DNA of 64,000 nucleotides from Takakia lepidozioides (taxonomy: Eukaryota > Plantae > Bryophyta), in assembly GCA_030704615.1 (NCBI GenBank), contig CM060731.1:17670001-17734000 (forward strand). The letters are read 5' to 3'. Each line of letters opens with the position of its first letter. The first letter of the stretch is position 1. Below are positions 26,446-37,569 of this stretch, piece by piece. The notes beneath the pieces were generated by a model. It made no database searches and was not told where the DNA came from. It saw only the letters and a list, made by a program, of their open reading frames with translations. Made by a program: the position numbers and the translations under genes.

Positions 26446-29400
26446 ATGGGGTCCGGCAAGCCAAAGCGAAAGCGGAACGACCCGAAAGATGATGATCCTG
26501 GTGAGCCCGATGGGGGCGACGTGTCACCGAAGCAGCAATTTGAGGAGGCAATCATGCTTTTGAAAGCGAGGCCGCTCAAGAACGGGAGGAATCTGGGGAG
26601 TCGGAGCTCGAGGACGTCCCGAAGGCTCCGCCAGACCAACAGATGCCTCCCATGCCAGCAGCCTTTTGGGAAGGGTTGTTGGCGCAGTTTGGCGGGACGT
26701 TGAAAGACGTGTTGAAGGCGGCTAATGCCACTTCCACTAAGGCAAAGTTTAAGGTGAAGCCTAAGGAACCCAACATCTTCCAAGGCGTCCGAAATCGGAA
26801 GGCACTCAACACCTGGCTCTTGGAGCTAGAGCAGTACTTCCGGGCGGCCAAGTTGAGTGACGAGGATTGGGTGAAAGTGACTCCCACCTATTTGAGGGGC
26901 TATGCTCAACAATGGTGGCAGAAACGCCTTCACGACCAAGGTCCAAACCTGGAAACCTTGAACTGGAGTGGGTTCAAGGAACTTATGAAGAGACAGTTTG
27001 TACCCCTCAACGCGTCTTGGCTAGCCCGGGACAAGATGAGGAATTTGAAGCAAACGGATGACATTCGGGGATATATTCAGGCTTTCAATGTGATGTTGCT
27101 CGAAGTCGCGGACATAGCAGAACCAGAAATGATCTTCAACTTTGTGGCGGGACTGGCCCCAAGGGCCAGGCGGAAGTTGAAGGAGAAGCCACCTAAGACT
27201 TTGAACGAGGCAATTGAGAGGGCTGAATGTTCCTCGGATGTCCCTAGGGGCAAAAGACAAGGCCGTACAGAGCTGAACCAGAAGGTCCGGCGGGAGGGTG
27301 ACTCCTTCCGTCCGGAAAAGAAGTGGGATAGGCCACGCGGCGACAATGGCACTTGGAAATCGAAGGGAGGTCCTTCACACGTCAAGACGGCACCCGGTGC
27401 TCCGAAAGAAAAGTCAGGTGCGGCGGCTTATGGCGGACAGAAGGCGACCTTCGATGGAGTGTGCTTTAATTGCGGGGAGCCCGGGAACATGGCTAAGAAG
27501 TGCACGAAACCCCGACAATTGAACATGACTCGAGCAACCACAGAGCTGTCCGAAGAGTCCATCAGCCGCTTGGTGGAAGCGGTGGTTGCCAAGACTTGCA
27601 AAGTAGGCAACTACTCTTGTGAGTTGTATCAGGAGACTGGCCCCTTGCGTAAAGGGAGTCAATTATTGTTCGTGAGTAGGATAATTTCCGGAACTAACAT
27701 GTCATTGTTGGTGGACACAGGAGCGTCGCACTCCTTCATGACACCGGCAACGGCACGAAAGCTGGGGCACCCGACAAGTGATGTGGGGGCCTCTATTGAA
27801 GTGCATTCTGCCAAAGGAGAGCCACAACTGGCGACAAGGTTAGCGTTTGATGTTCCTCTTCAGCTGGGGAGTTGGGAAGGACGTGAGAACTTCACCATTT
27901 GCAAGATCAATGGAGTGGATCTCATTTTGGGGATGATCTTTTTGAGCAAATCAGGAGCGGTCATAGATGGCCGCAAAAGAGTAGTCACGCTGCCGTGTGG
28001 GAATGGTGGCGAAGTTTTACGAGTGTCAGAAACGCCCGACCCAGTGGGAGGGCGAACTTGCTAACAGCAAAGAAGTGGGTCGTGGAAGAGCCACATGAGC
28101 CCCGGTTTTTGCTCTACGTAAGACAAGTGAAGGGAGAAGGCGATAGGGAGCCGAGCCCAGATTGGATCAAGGGGATTTTGGAGAAATACCAGGATATGAT
28201 GCCGGAGGATTTACCAAGCGGCTTGCCACCGCGAAGAGGAGTTGACCACAAGATTGAGGTGATACCGGGATCAGAGCCGCATGCCAAGGCGCCCTACCGG
28301 TTGAGCCACAAAGAGTTGGTCGAGCTGAAGGCTCAGCTCAAGGATCTAATGTTAAAGGGGTACATCTGGCCGAGTAAGTCACCTTACAGAGCCCTGGTGC
28401 TATTCGCAGACAAGAAGGATGGGACGCTGCGGATGCGTGTCGATTACAGGGCTCTAAATAAGGTGACTATCAAGAACCGGTACCCTTTGCCAAGGATCGA
28501 CGACCTCTTTGATCGGTTGGCAGGAGCGAAGTATTTCAGTCGGATCGATTTGCGTTCCGGCTACCATCAAATCCGAGTGGCGGAAGGAGATGAGGAGAAG
28601 ACCGCGTGCAAGACAAAATATGGTTCATAGGAGTTCTTGGTGATGCTTTTTGGGCTCACCAACGCACCCGCGACCTTTAGCACACTAATGAACAGCCTTT
28701 TTCAGGAGTGGTTGGATGACTTTGTGATCGTGTACATCGACGACATCTTGGTGTACTCGAAAACAAAGGAAGAGCACCTGGAGCACCTCAAAAGGGTGTT
28801 CCAGAAATTGTGGGAAGGGAAGCTGTATGCCAAGGCTTCAAAGTGCAAATTCGGGGTCACAAAAATGGAGTTCCTAGGGCATGTGATTACAGAGGATGGG
28901 ATCAAAATGGATGATAGAAAGATGACGGCGATCTTGGACTGGGAGCCTCCGACTTCAATCCCGGGAGTGCGATCCTTCCTAGGACTCGCCTCCTATTACC
29001 GAAAGTATGTGAGAAATTTTGCCAAGATCGCGGGGCCGCTGTCAGACCTTCTGTGTAAATCCAAGGTATGGGTATGGAACACCTTTTGTGGCCAAGCTTT
29101 TGCCGAGTTGAAGCAGCGGATGGCGGAAGCTCCAGTCTTGAAAATTCCGGAGTTCGACCGTCTATTTGAGATTCATACAGATGCGTCGGACTTTGCAATT
29201 GGGGGTGTACTCATGCAAGATGGACGTCCAGTGGCTTACAAAAGTAAAAAACTGAATGAAGTGGAGCGATGGTGGCCAACGCACGAGAAAGAGATGAAGG
29301 CGGTGGTGCATTGCCTTGAGCTTTGGCGCCATTATGTTGGTTCCAACCCGGTGAAGTGTTCACGGACAATGTCAAGATGAAATATTTTGCCACACAATCT

Positions 29401-30211
29401 AAGTTGTCCCCAAAACAACTTAGGTGACAAGACATTTTGGCAGTGTTTGACGTGGATATCCAGTACAAACCGGGACGGAACAATGTGGTGGCCGATGCCT
29501 TAAGTAGAAAGCAGCAGCTCATGTTGGTGTACAAGGGCGAGACGACGCTCCAAAGGAAGATCCGGAAGGCTTACCGGAAGGATGAGATGGCGAAGTCCGT
29601 GATGCGGGACTCGAGGGTGGGGGTTAAATCGCAGTTCCACTTGCAAAATGGACTGCTCCGGTACAAGCAAAAGCATCTCTACGTGCCGAAGGGAGGGATC
29701 AGAGATAGTCTCTTGAGAGAATGTCATGATGGCCTGCTTGCGGGCCACGGCGGAGCCAAGCGCACCACGGCACTCTTGAAGAAAGAATATTTCCGGCCCA
29801 AACTGAGGGAGGAGGCCGAGGAGTATGTCAAGACATGCACCACATGCCAACAAAACCGGAGCGAATACAAAAAGCAAGCGGGGCTGCTACAACCCTTGCC
29901 GATTCCATAGGGGTCTTGGGAAAGTGTCTCGATGGATTTCATGACTGCTATGTCGCTGTCAAAAGGATTCGATGCAATTATGGTGGTGGTGGATAAGTTC
30001 AGTAAAATGGGTCATTTCATCTCCACCAAGGAGACGGCAACGGCGCAGGAGACGGGGCGACTTTACTTCGCCCACGTCTTCAAACATCATGGACTCCCGA
30101 AGGATATTGTCTCGGACCGCGATCCAAAGTTTACAAGTAAATTTTGGAGGGCACTTTGGAAGAAAATGGGGACGAGGCTCAAGATGAGCACCGCCTTCCG
30201 ATCTAGGACGG
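26446..30211 (+). pseudogene. gag-pol 5' part (Gag, CCHC-like knuckle, protease, RT, RNase H, integrase N-part) with stops and frameshifts
   Basis: [61 protein letters not shown] finger, SMDF, IVSDRD. Confidence 0.95.
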
Positions 30212-30419
30212 CAGGGATGCCTCGGCGTGAGCCTGGTCACGTGAGCGCGTGAGCGCAACTGCGCTCACGCCACGTCACCTTGCGCAAATGCCACGTCACG
30301 GGGCTCACTCCACGTCATCACACGTGAAGGCCGCGTCACCACGCGCCCAGAAAGAAGTGGAGTGTATTCCCGCGGATTGGCACCCTTTACCGCGGAAACA
30401 AGCTGGACGACATAATAAA

Positions 30420-30790
30420 AGGCATTGAATAAAGGATGGATGAATGTACAGTTGGATGATAAATAGATGGATGAGTGTGAAAAATGAATCTAGATGGATG
30501 AATGAGGGATGGATAAGAGTAAAATGGATGAATGTATAATGGATGTTGAGCAATGACAAAAATTCATGACAGGAAGATGCATGACCAAATCTTTTGACGA
30601 ATGCACCTCGTATATGAAATGAGTGTGGAAGGTTTGTGGGGTGGATTAAAGAGTACAGAGGATGAATGTACAATGGATGTTGTACAAAGGAAAAAATTCA
30701 TGAATGGAGCACGCATGAATACAGTGTAGATGAATGCACAATGGATATGAGAAGAGTCAGGGAGGTTTCTGAGATGGATTCATACATATT
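30420..30790. repeat. Degenerate GGATGAATGTA-type repeats in the MULE left subterminal region
   Basis: Recurrent GGATGAATGTA(C/T)AATGGATG motifs. Confidence 0.6.
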
Positions 30791-31238
30791 GCAATTTAAA
30801 CGAAAGGTGATTCTGTGATTATTATTTGTTCTAAAGGAACAACTACGGTGGAGGAAGGGGATTCAACGTTTTCCAGATAATATGAAAATGAATATTAAAA
30901 GAATACAGTTCAGTCTGACTCAGAGTCATACAATGTATCCCCGCTTCCTCTGCATCTAAGTCTAAGTATTTTAGAACACCGGATCCACGCTGGATACACC
31001 TACGGCTGGCCACTAAAAAGTCAGGGGATAGGGACTCGGCCGCGTGAAGTGCCATTGCCTCGGCATAAACAGGAAGAAGAAAATTGGAAAGGGGGCTGTC
31101 GAAAACAGACTCGCCAGAAATGACTGTATCTCCTGAAGATCCACCGCTGCCTTTCCTGAAAGACAGCCTGAAAAAGTTATTACTGTAACTTTGATGTTAT
31201 CGAGAAATTGAGTATGACTCCCAAAGAGGGTTTAGCAC

Positions 31239-34200
31239 TTACTCACATGAAAAGTCGTTGTCGACCTGCTTATCTTCGGGATCGTCATCATTTCGAATTT
31301 GAATCCGATCAGTCTGTGTGCCTGAAGTGGAGCCAGACAAAAGGGGGAGGAGCACTGTGTTGTAGAGGTCAGAATCACCCTCCATGCCAAAAAGGCTTCT
31401 TCCGCCTGCCTTGCATGCGTGGTAAGTTGCTCCTGCACCAGACAGGAGAACATGAACAGTTTGGAGGGGGGGATTTAAGCAGATGAAACTGTTGAAAGGA
31501 AACCAATTCGGAAGGGAAAAAACAAACCTGTGGACACAGAAAGATCGACCACCCGTGCAGAGCGGTGGCTGCATGACTCCAGCAGTATTTGCATGAACGC
31601 TGGTGACTTTTCCTTTGCACCTCTCCAGGGAGTGCCATCTGGTCTCTTCAGAGTCTGACTGGACTGCATGAAGTTGTACAAAATGTCATCGACATGGGGC
31701 TCATAGGGGGGGTTGACGAAACAACCCTGGTCAGAAATCTCAAAGCTGCGAATGGAGGATGGTGTCTTTGAGGTGCGAATCCTCCGCAGGCAGATCGCCT
31801 CGAACATCCTCGTCTGGCAAAGATAGCAGGTTAGTGTGGTAAACACAATCTATAGTGGAAGTGTGTACATCGGCTATTCAGAACTCTGACACAAAAAAAT
31901 CATGAATCGGTGATGATCGGTGTCGATCATAACACATTCTACTAGAGTGGAGCTGCAGAGAAAATTGAAACTCATGATCAAAGCACAAGCAGAAGGGAGA
32001 CGGCATACCAGCTGACCAGGGAAACCCCCTTTCACAAGGTAGAGGCTGTTCACACAATTCCATGTGCGCAAAACTTCAAACCCTGAAGACTTGAGGTATG
32101 ATGCCAATGCCCGACGACTATCATTGTCACATGACTGAAAAAGCAGAAGTGTCCCTGCATCAGAGAGGAAGTTGTTGCAGAACCGAACACCCAACTCCAG
32201 TAGTTGTCCTCGAATTTGTTCCAGCCTAGCGTCTTGCCCTTTGGAAGAACTTCTGGCACAGCCTGGCCATCCGGGATGTCGAGAATGACAATGTCGGCCG
32301 CATAAGTTTTCTGCACACCGCACACAAAGGTGGGACCTGTGCTCACCTGCAACAGACATGTTTTTTATAAGAACGATGGCAAGATTGTTTTCAAAGAACG
32401 AGACTGAAATACTGCCAACGAAACTTTCAGAGAAAAAGGAAAGAAACTGGAATTCTCACCAGATTGAGGAATGAGATTATATTGTCCCAGGTAGGGGATG
32501 GCACCCCAGTGTATCCTCTCTTTCGACTCTGCATCATCGAAAGCCAACCCTCATTAACAATTTTCATCTCTCCTGCGGAATCAGAACGGGAAGGGTGTGG
32601 CTTGGCATCGAACACGCACTGAAGAGTGCGGGTATATCTTCCAGCAGTAAAGTCCTGCCCACTCTCCATCTCCTTTTCATTCTCCTTCCCCTTGTCCTTT
32701 TCCTTCTCTTTGGACTTGTCTTTGTCCTTTGGCTTTGCTGGTGAGATGGCTATGACATCAACAGCCTTGTCTTTTGGTTTGCGGCCCGCCTTCTTTCCCT
32801 TCTGCGGCGTTCCCTGAGCATCAGGCTCCTTGGCAGCCAACGTTGCTATGTTTCGTTGATACTCTTCGTCAGTCAAAGGCGCCAGCATCTCAGCGTTATT
32901 GTTCAAGTATTTCATATGCTGTTCTTGAAAGGTCGTGTGCTCAGGTGGGCAGTCAAGGTACCAGCCACAGTCTCTGAAGTGAGAAGGACTCCAGTCCTTC
33001 AATATCCCTGCAGTATACATGGTTGGATCGTTTGCAGGGTCCGACCACATGTCAAGATAGTCGGGAATTCCGCTCAGGTGATTTCCTTCCATAAGCACAT
33101 ATTTCGTGTACCTGAAAAAAGGAGATAAATCCCAACCCACAAAAGCGCTCAGTGAGTAAGATGCAAGTAGAACAGAATGAAAAAAACATAGATTGAAATG
33201 GCTCTGAGAACTGCTCCAAGGACCTTTCAGGACCACACTACTGCTCCAGATATGAATGTCGTCAACGCCATTCAGAACATTCCATTCAATGATACTGTAA
33301 ATACACCCCAATCCAGGTGAATGCAAATTATCGTTTAGGAATGACACAGACATAGAAGTGAATGTCGTCAACGACATTCACTAATGAAGCCAAATTAATA
33401 CTTAAATGAAGCAAAATCACAGGATGGAAATCAAAAAATCGAGTAAGGAACCCACCAGGAAAACTCAATGCACATTCATAACGAACATATCACTGAGGAC
33501 CTCACAACATCACTGTATGTGAATGGCGTCAACGCCATTCACAAAAATACCAAAAAGAAACCAATTACTTAGCTCCCAATCCATGTAAATTCAATTTGTC
33601 GCTGTTGAATAATACAGACACAGCAGTGAATGTCGTCAACGACATTCACTTTGGATTTCTCATAACAGAGCTTATCAAGCCTCCAGATTCCTCGCAAGAG
33701 GCAAAAACAATGCAGAACAACTGAATGTCTGCATTGACATTCAGCAAAATGAAGTGAGGAACCCTCACTGTAACCTCTATGGACATTACAAAAATTTACA
33801 TAACTCTGAGGACCTCTCAACAACTCCGTAGGTGAATGTCGTCAACGCCATTCAAGGACATTATCAATTCTAATCAGGGACAATATAATTGCACCCTTAG
33901 ATCCTAACCAGGTGAATTCATATACTCGCTTAAGAATGACTCAGACAAAGAAGTGAATGTCGTCAACGACATTCAATCTGGATCTAAGATTGCAATCCAT
34001 ATGAAGCCACATTTTTTCCCAAAAAAAACAGTAGAGTTTCAAGTATGACATTGCACCTGTACACAACTCGCATCATGGCCCACTCTCCTCCAACCTGACT
34101 GTCAAAGTCGTTGGACCGTAAAATGTTACCATCTTTGGAGAACTCCCGGAAAAAACAGTATCTCCAGGTGAGACCTCTCCACTTCCTTATGTATGCCTCC

Positions 34201-36714
34201 AATGACATTTGGGGAGGGGAAACAATCGAAATGTTCAGGTCCTTCAAAGTCTGATCCAGCACAATGACGGCGCGCTTTTCGAGCTGCAAATAGTATATTT
34301 GTCAGAATTGCAAAAAGATAGTCATCACATACTTGAAGAGAAGAAAACAGCATGTTCGAATACACACCTGACTCCAAAATGTAGCCTTGTGGAGCCAGTT
34401 ATCAAACACCAAATCACTGATTCCTTCCACCTTTGTGCCAGGCTGTATGGTGCTCTTTGGGAACTGATTCAAGTCCTTTACTGTTTGATCTGAGTTCCAT
34501 ATCTCCAGCCACCTTATTTTTGTTTGTGGGTCGACCATCGATATGGCCAGCCGGTGCAATTTCTCCTGCTGCATCTCCGGATGCACATGCTTGTCATAGT
34601 GTGTTTTGATCTGCTGAAGGAACTCAGGACCAAGTCCAGGATCTACTATTCTAAGCTGCTTTTCGAAGGCTGACATCAATTTGGTTCTTCGCATTTCAAA
34701 CTCCTTCTTTATTGCAGCTTCCACACCCTTTGATGTCCTTAGTTCTTCTGGTGTAGTGCGGTAATATTCGGATTTTCCCTTCTCAGCTGCCTCTGCCAGT
34801 TCTTGCTGCATTCATTCAAGTAGTGATTAGCTCCGAAGGGACTACAAACATGTATTCGAAAAGTAAACAGAGTACAGACTCGGGCTTACCGCATACATGT
34901 ACTCCAGAAACGCCTCTCGTGTCAAAGAATACCAAGTGCCTGCAGCTCTTCCTGTTTCGCACTTCTTGATGATATTGGGTGGTAGTACTGTCCGAAAATC
35001 ATCCAGCTTCATCAGACCAATCCTCTGAATTCGGAATAGTGTGTGAACCAAGCTTGTTGTCACATGCGATTTCTCTGTCGATCTGCAAAAACATTGGAAA
35101 CATTGCATTCCTTAACACTGTTTTTTGAGATTAATAAGACACTACAGAGGGAATGAAATCTCCTGGATGACTTACTTGTTCACGTCGTGCATAGCTGTAA
35201 GAAGCCTAGCGATGTCGTTTCCAGGATCCAAAACCATTGCCTCCACAACAACATGCTTGTCTTTGTCTTTCGAATGGTGTTTCTGAATGTATCCCATCCA
35301 TGCCAGCAATCGGTGGTTGCCGTCCCAGACGTAGAACATGTGGTTGCAGAATTGCTGGGTGTTCTTTCCCATCATGAGGCCCAGCTCGAACTCCTCATTG
35401 GCATCTTTCCAGCACTCATCCCAGTTATCACTGATCTCTGGAGACACTAATGTGCTTTTCCCATTTATATCCGTCAGTGACACATAAAAAACTTGTGCAC
35501 CAAGTCTATATCCATGCACAAAATCACTCTCCAATTTTGTTATGTCATGGGAAAGAGGTGGACGCACAACAGGCATTGATATCATCCGGCACAGAGGTAT
35601 GTCCAGACGCCCTCCAGATACGAGCATGTCCCTTATAACCTCCTGAGAGTTTACCTTCTGGAATGACATGAGTTCTTTCACCTTGTCAAGGTAGTGCACT
35701 TCGGATTCATCTGCTTCATCTGTATTCTCTGAGCTTTTTGCGGACTCGTCCCCATCTCCAGATCCTTTCCCCTCTGATCCTGTAGGCTTCGACCTCACAG
35801 TTTTCTGCACGATGCCATTCAGTTCTGACTGAGTGATTTGCAAATAGTGAATGGCGGTAACGACCATCACTCTGTCTCAAAGAAACTCACCATGAATGGT
35901 GTGAAAGAATTCAGCACAATCTACACAAGCAAAGCTGAGACTGCCGTATTCAAAACAAAAGCGAGAGCGATAGCGAACGGCGTTAACGACAATCACAACA
36001 GATAACGACCTGCCGGATCGGTGTTGTGTAATGACATACATGTGCAACTGATTGGCGGCAACGACATTCAGTGTAGTTTAGGGCGGATAGTAAGTGCAGA
36101 CTCTCTCTTCAAACACATAGGTACATAAATCTCATGAGGAGAATCGAATGGCGTTAACGACGCTCGCAATTCAGTAGTTCCTGCTAAAGAAGGGAAGAGG
36201 AAGGACTCTTGAAAGGCAATCAGACAGACTGTATGATCTGAACACCAGTGAATGACTGTACCGATAGTCACCAACTCATTGTGCTGTAAACCCTTCGCAG
36301 AGGAGTAGAAAGCAAATCACCTTTGTGATTGTCGGTAGCGACAATCCCTGTCTGGGACATTCCACTCAATCTCTACGCATATCTTCAACAATGAAATGTA
36401 AGTTAGATAAAACTTACTGGCACCTTCTTAGGTTTTGAAATTTGATCCCCTTCTGCAGCTTTCCTCTTCCCTCTCACATCTGCTGGAATTTCTGTCTGCG
36501 CTAGGGTTTCTTGACCTTCTCCCGGTTCGGCGTTCCGCGTGCTTCCACCTTCTTCAGTGTCCCTGCGAATCATCTCTGCCTCCACAGGCTGGCGCACTCT
36601 TATCGCCGACTGTGTCACAGCCGCTGCCTCAGTCTCCGTCTGCTCTTGTGAATCAGTCTCCGCGTTCACCTGCTGCCTTGGCCCTGTGTTCTCCAACAAA
36701 CGACGCCTCGTCAT
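31239..36714 (-). CDS. MULE accessory gene: ParB/Srx-like domain fused to a beta-class N6A/N4C DNA-methyltransferase-like domain; 9 exons (36714-36418, 35804-35176, 35082-34890, 34805-34368, 34283-34057, 33111-32460, 32346-32009, 31813-31528, 31432-31239), ~1084 aa, one -1 frameshift near 32185
   Basis: All GT-AG phases join consistently; FYVWDGNHRLLAW (ParB/Srx-like); DIVILDIPDG at the motif IV position; AKEKSPAFMQILLESCSHRSARVVDLSVSTGATYHACKAGGRSLFGMEGD resembles motifs X-I-II of N6_N4_Mtase. Confidence 0.75.
33250..33980. repeat. Intronic array of a 22-26-bp palindrome (A)GTGAATG(T/G)CGT-CA-ACG(A/C)CATTCAC(T), 7 copies
   Basis: Copies near 33253, 33357, 33518, 33625, 33721 (degenerate), 33833 and 33954, all within intron 33112-34056. 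Confidence 0.9.
35846..36346. repeat. Second, more degenerate cluster of the same palindrome in intron 1
   Basis: Copies near 35846, 35975, 36048, 36145, 36248 and 36325. Confidence 0.7.
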
Positions 36715-37569
36715 TTTCTCTCTTGCTCTGCGTCTCTCTCTAAGGGAAGTAAAATAAAAGAGACTTTCTTCTCTTTCGTATTCTAGAAGGAACCCTCTCC
36801 AGCTTGACTACCACTCTCCCTCTAAGCGCGAAAAGTAGAAAAACGCAGTGACTCCCGATTTCTTGCGGGATTGCCTGCGTTCTTGCGTGTCTCTAGAAGC
36901 ATCGGATTCCCTCCCGCGTGACCGTTACACATAGTCGTTCCCTTATTAGTGCACATGCCAGCAATTGGTGTACAGCTGTTCGTATTCAGTTATGGATGTC
37001 TGACGTGTGTCGCCCAAAAAAAACGGCGTGTTCTTTATTAGAACGGTTTCAATATTTAAAAATAACAGCGAATCCAAGAAATCTTGGCGCACAGTCTTAG
37101 ACAAATATATGTAAATGAACGAGAGTTTGATGACAAATTTTGGGATATTATACACGGTCATCCTTGTAGCCAACCCCACGTTCGTTTCACATTTTGAACT
37201 TTCCAGGTGCGCATGATCATTGGTAGTAGTATAAAGATACATTTACTTAATCTGCAATCCCATTCTCAGATCCTGTGGCATGCTTCCAGGAAGTCGGCTT
37301 TGTTGTTGGGTTTATTGATGAGGTTCTGGTTAACGGTTTTACAGGTGCCGACACTGCACCTAGGGATACTCTGACCACTGGGCCCACAAGAAAAGTAATT
37401 AAAATGGACGGCTGCATATCTGGAAAGAATAACATAATATGCACAGTCGTTATCTGAGCTTCCTCCGCCATATTCTCTGCTCATTCTTCAACTGTGTTCT
37501 GGAGACAGCAGTAAACCGATTTACACTAGATCTGCGATAGCAAGGTACAAACGTACGCGAGGAAGGAAG

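Noticed and set aside
33250-33980. CRISPR-like array of palindromic repeats
   Set aside because: Eukaryotic intron, no cas genes, and spacers are long, irregular and partly homologous to each other
36320-36372. Possible extra small exon of the ParB-MTase gene
   Set aside because: Not needed for phase consistency and overlaps a degenerate palindrome copy; left as intron
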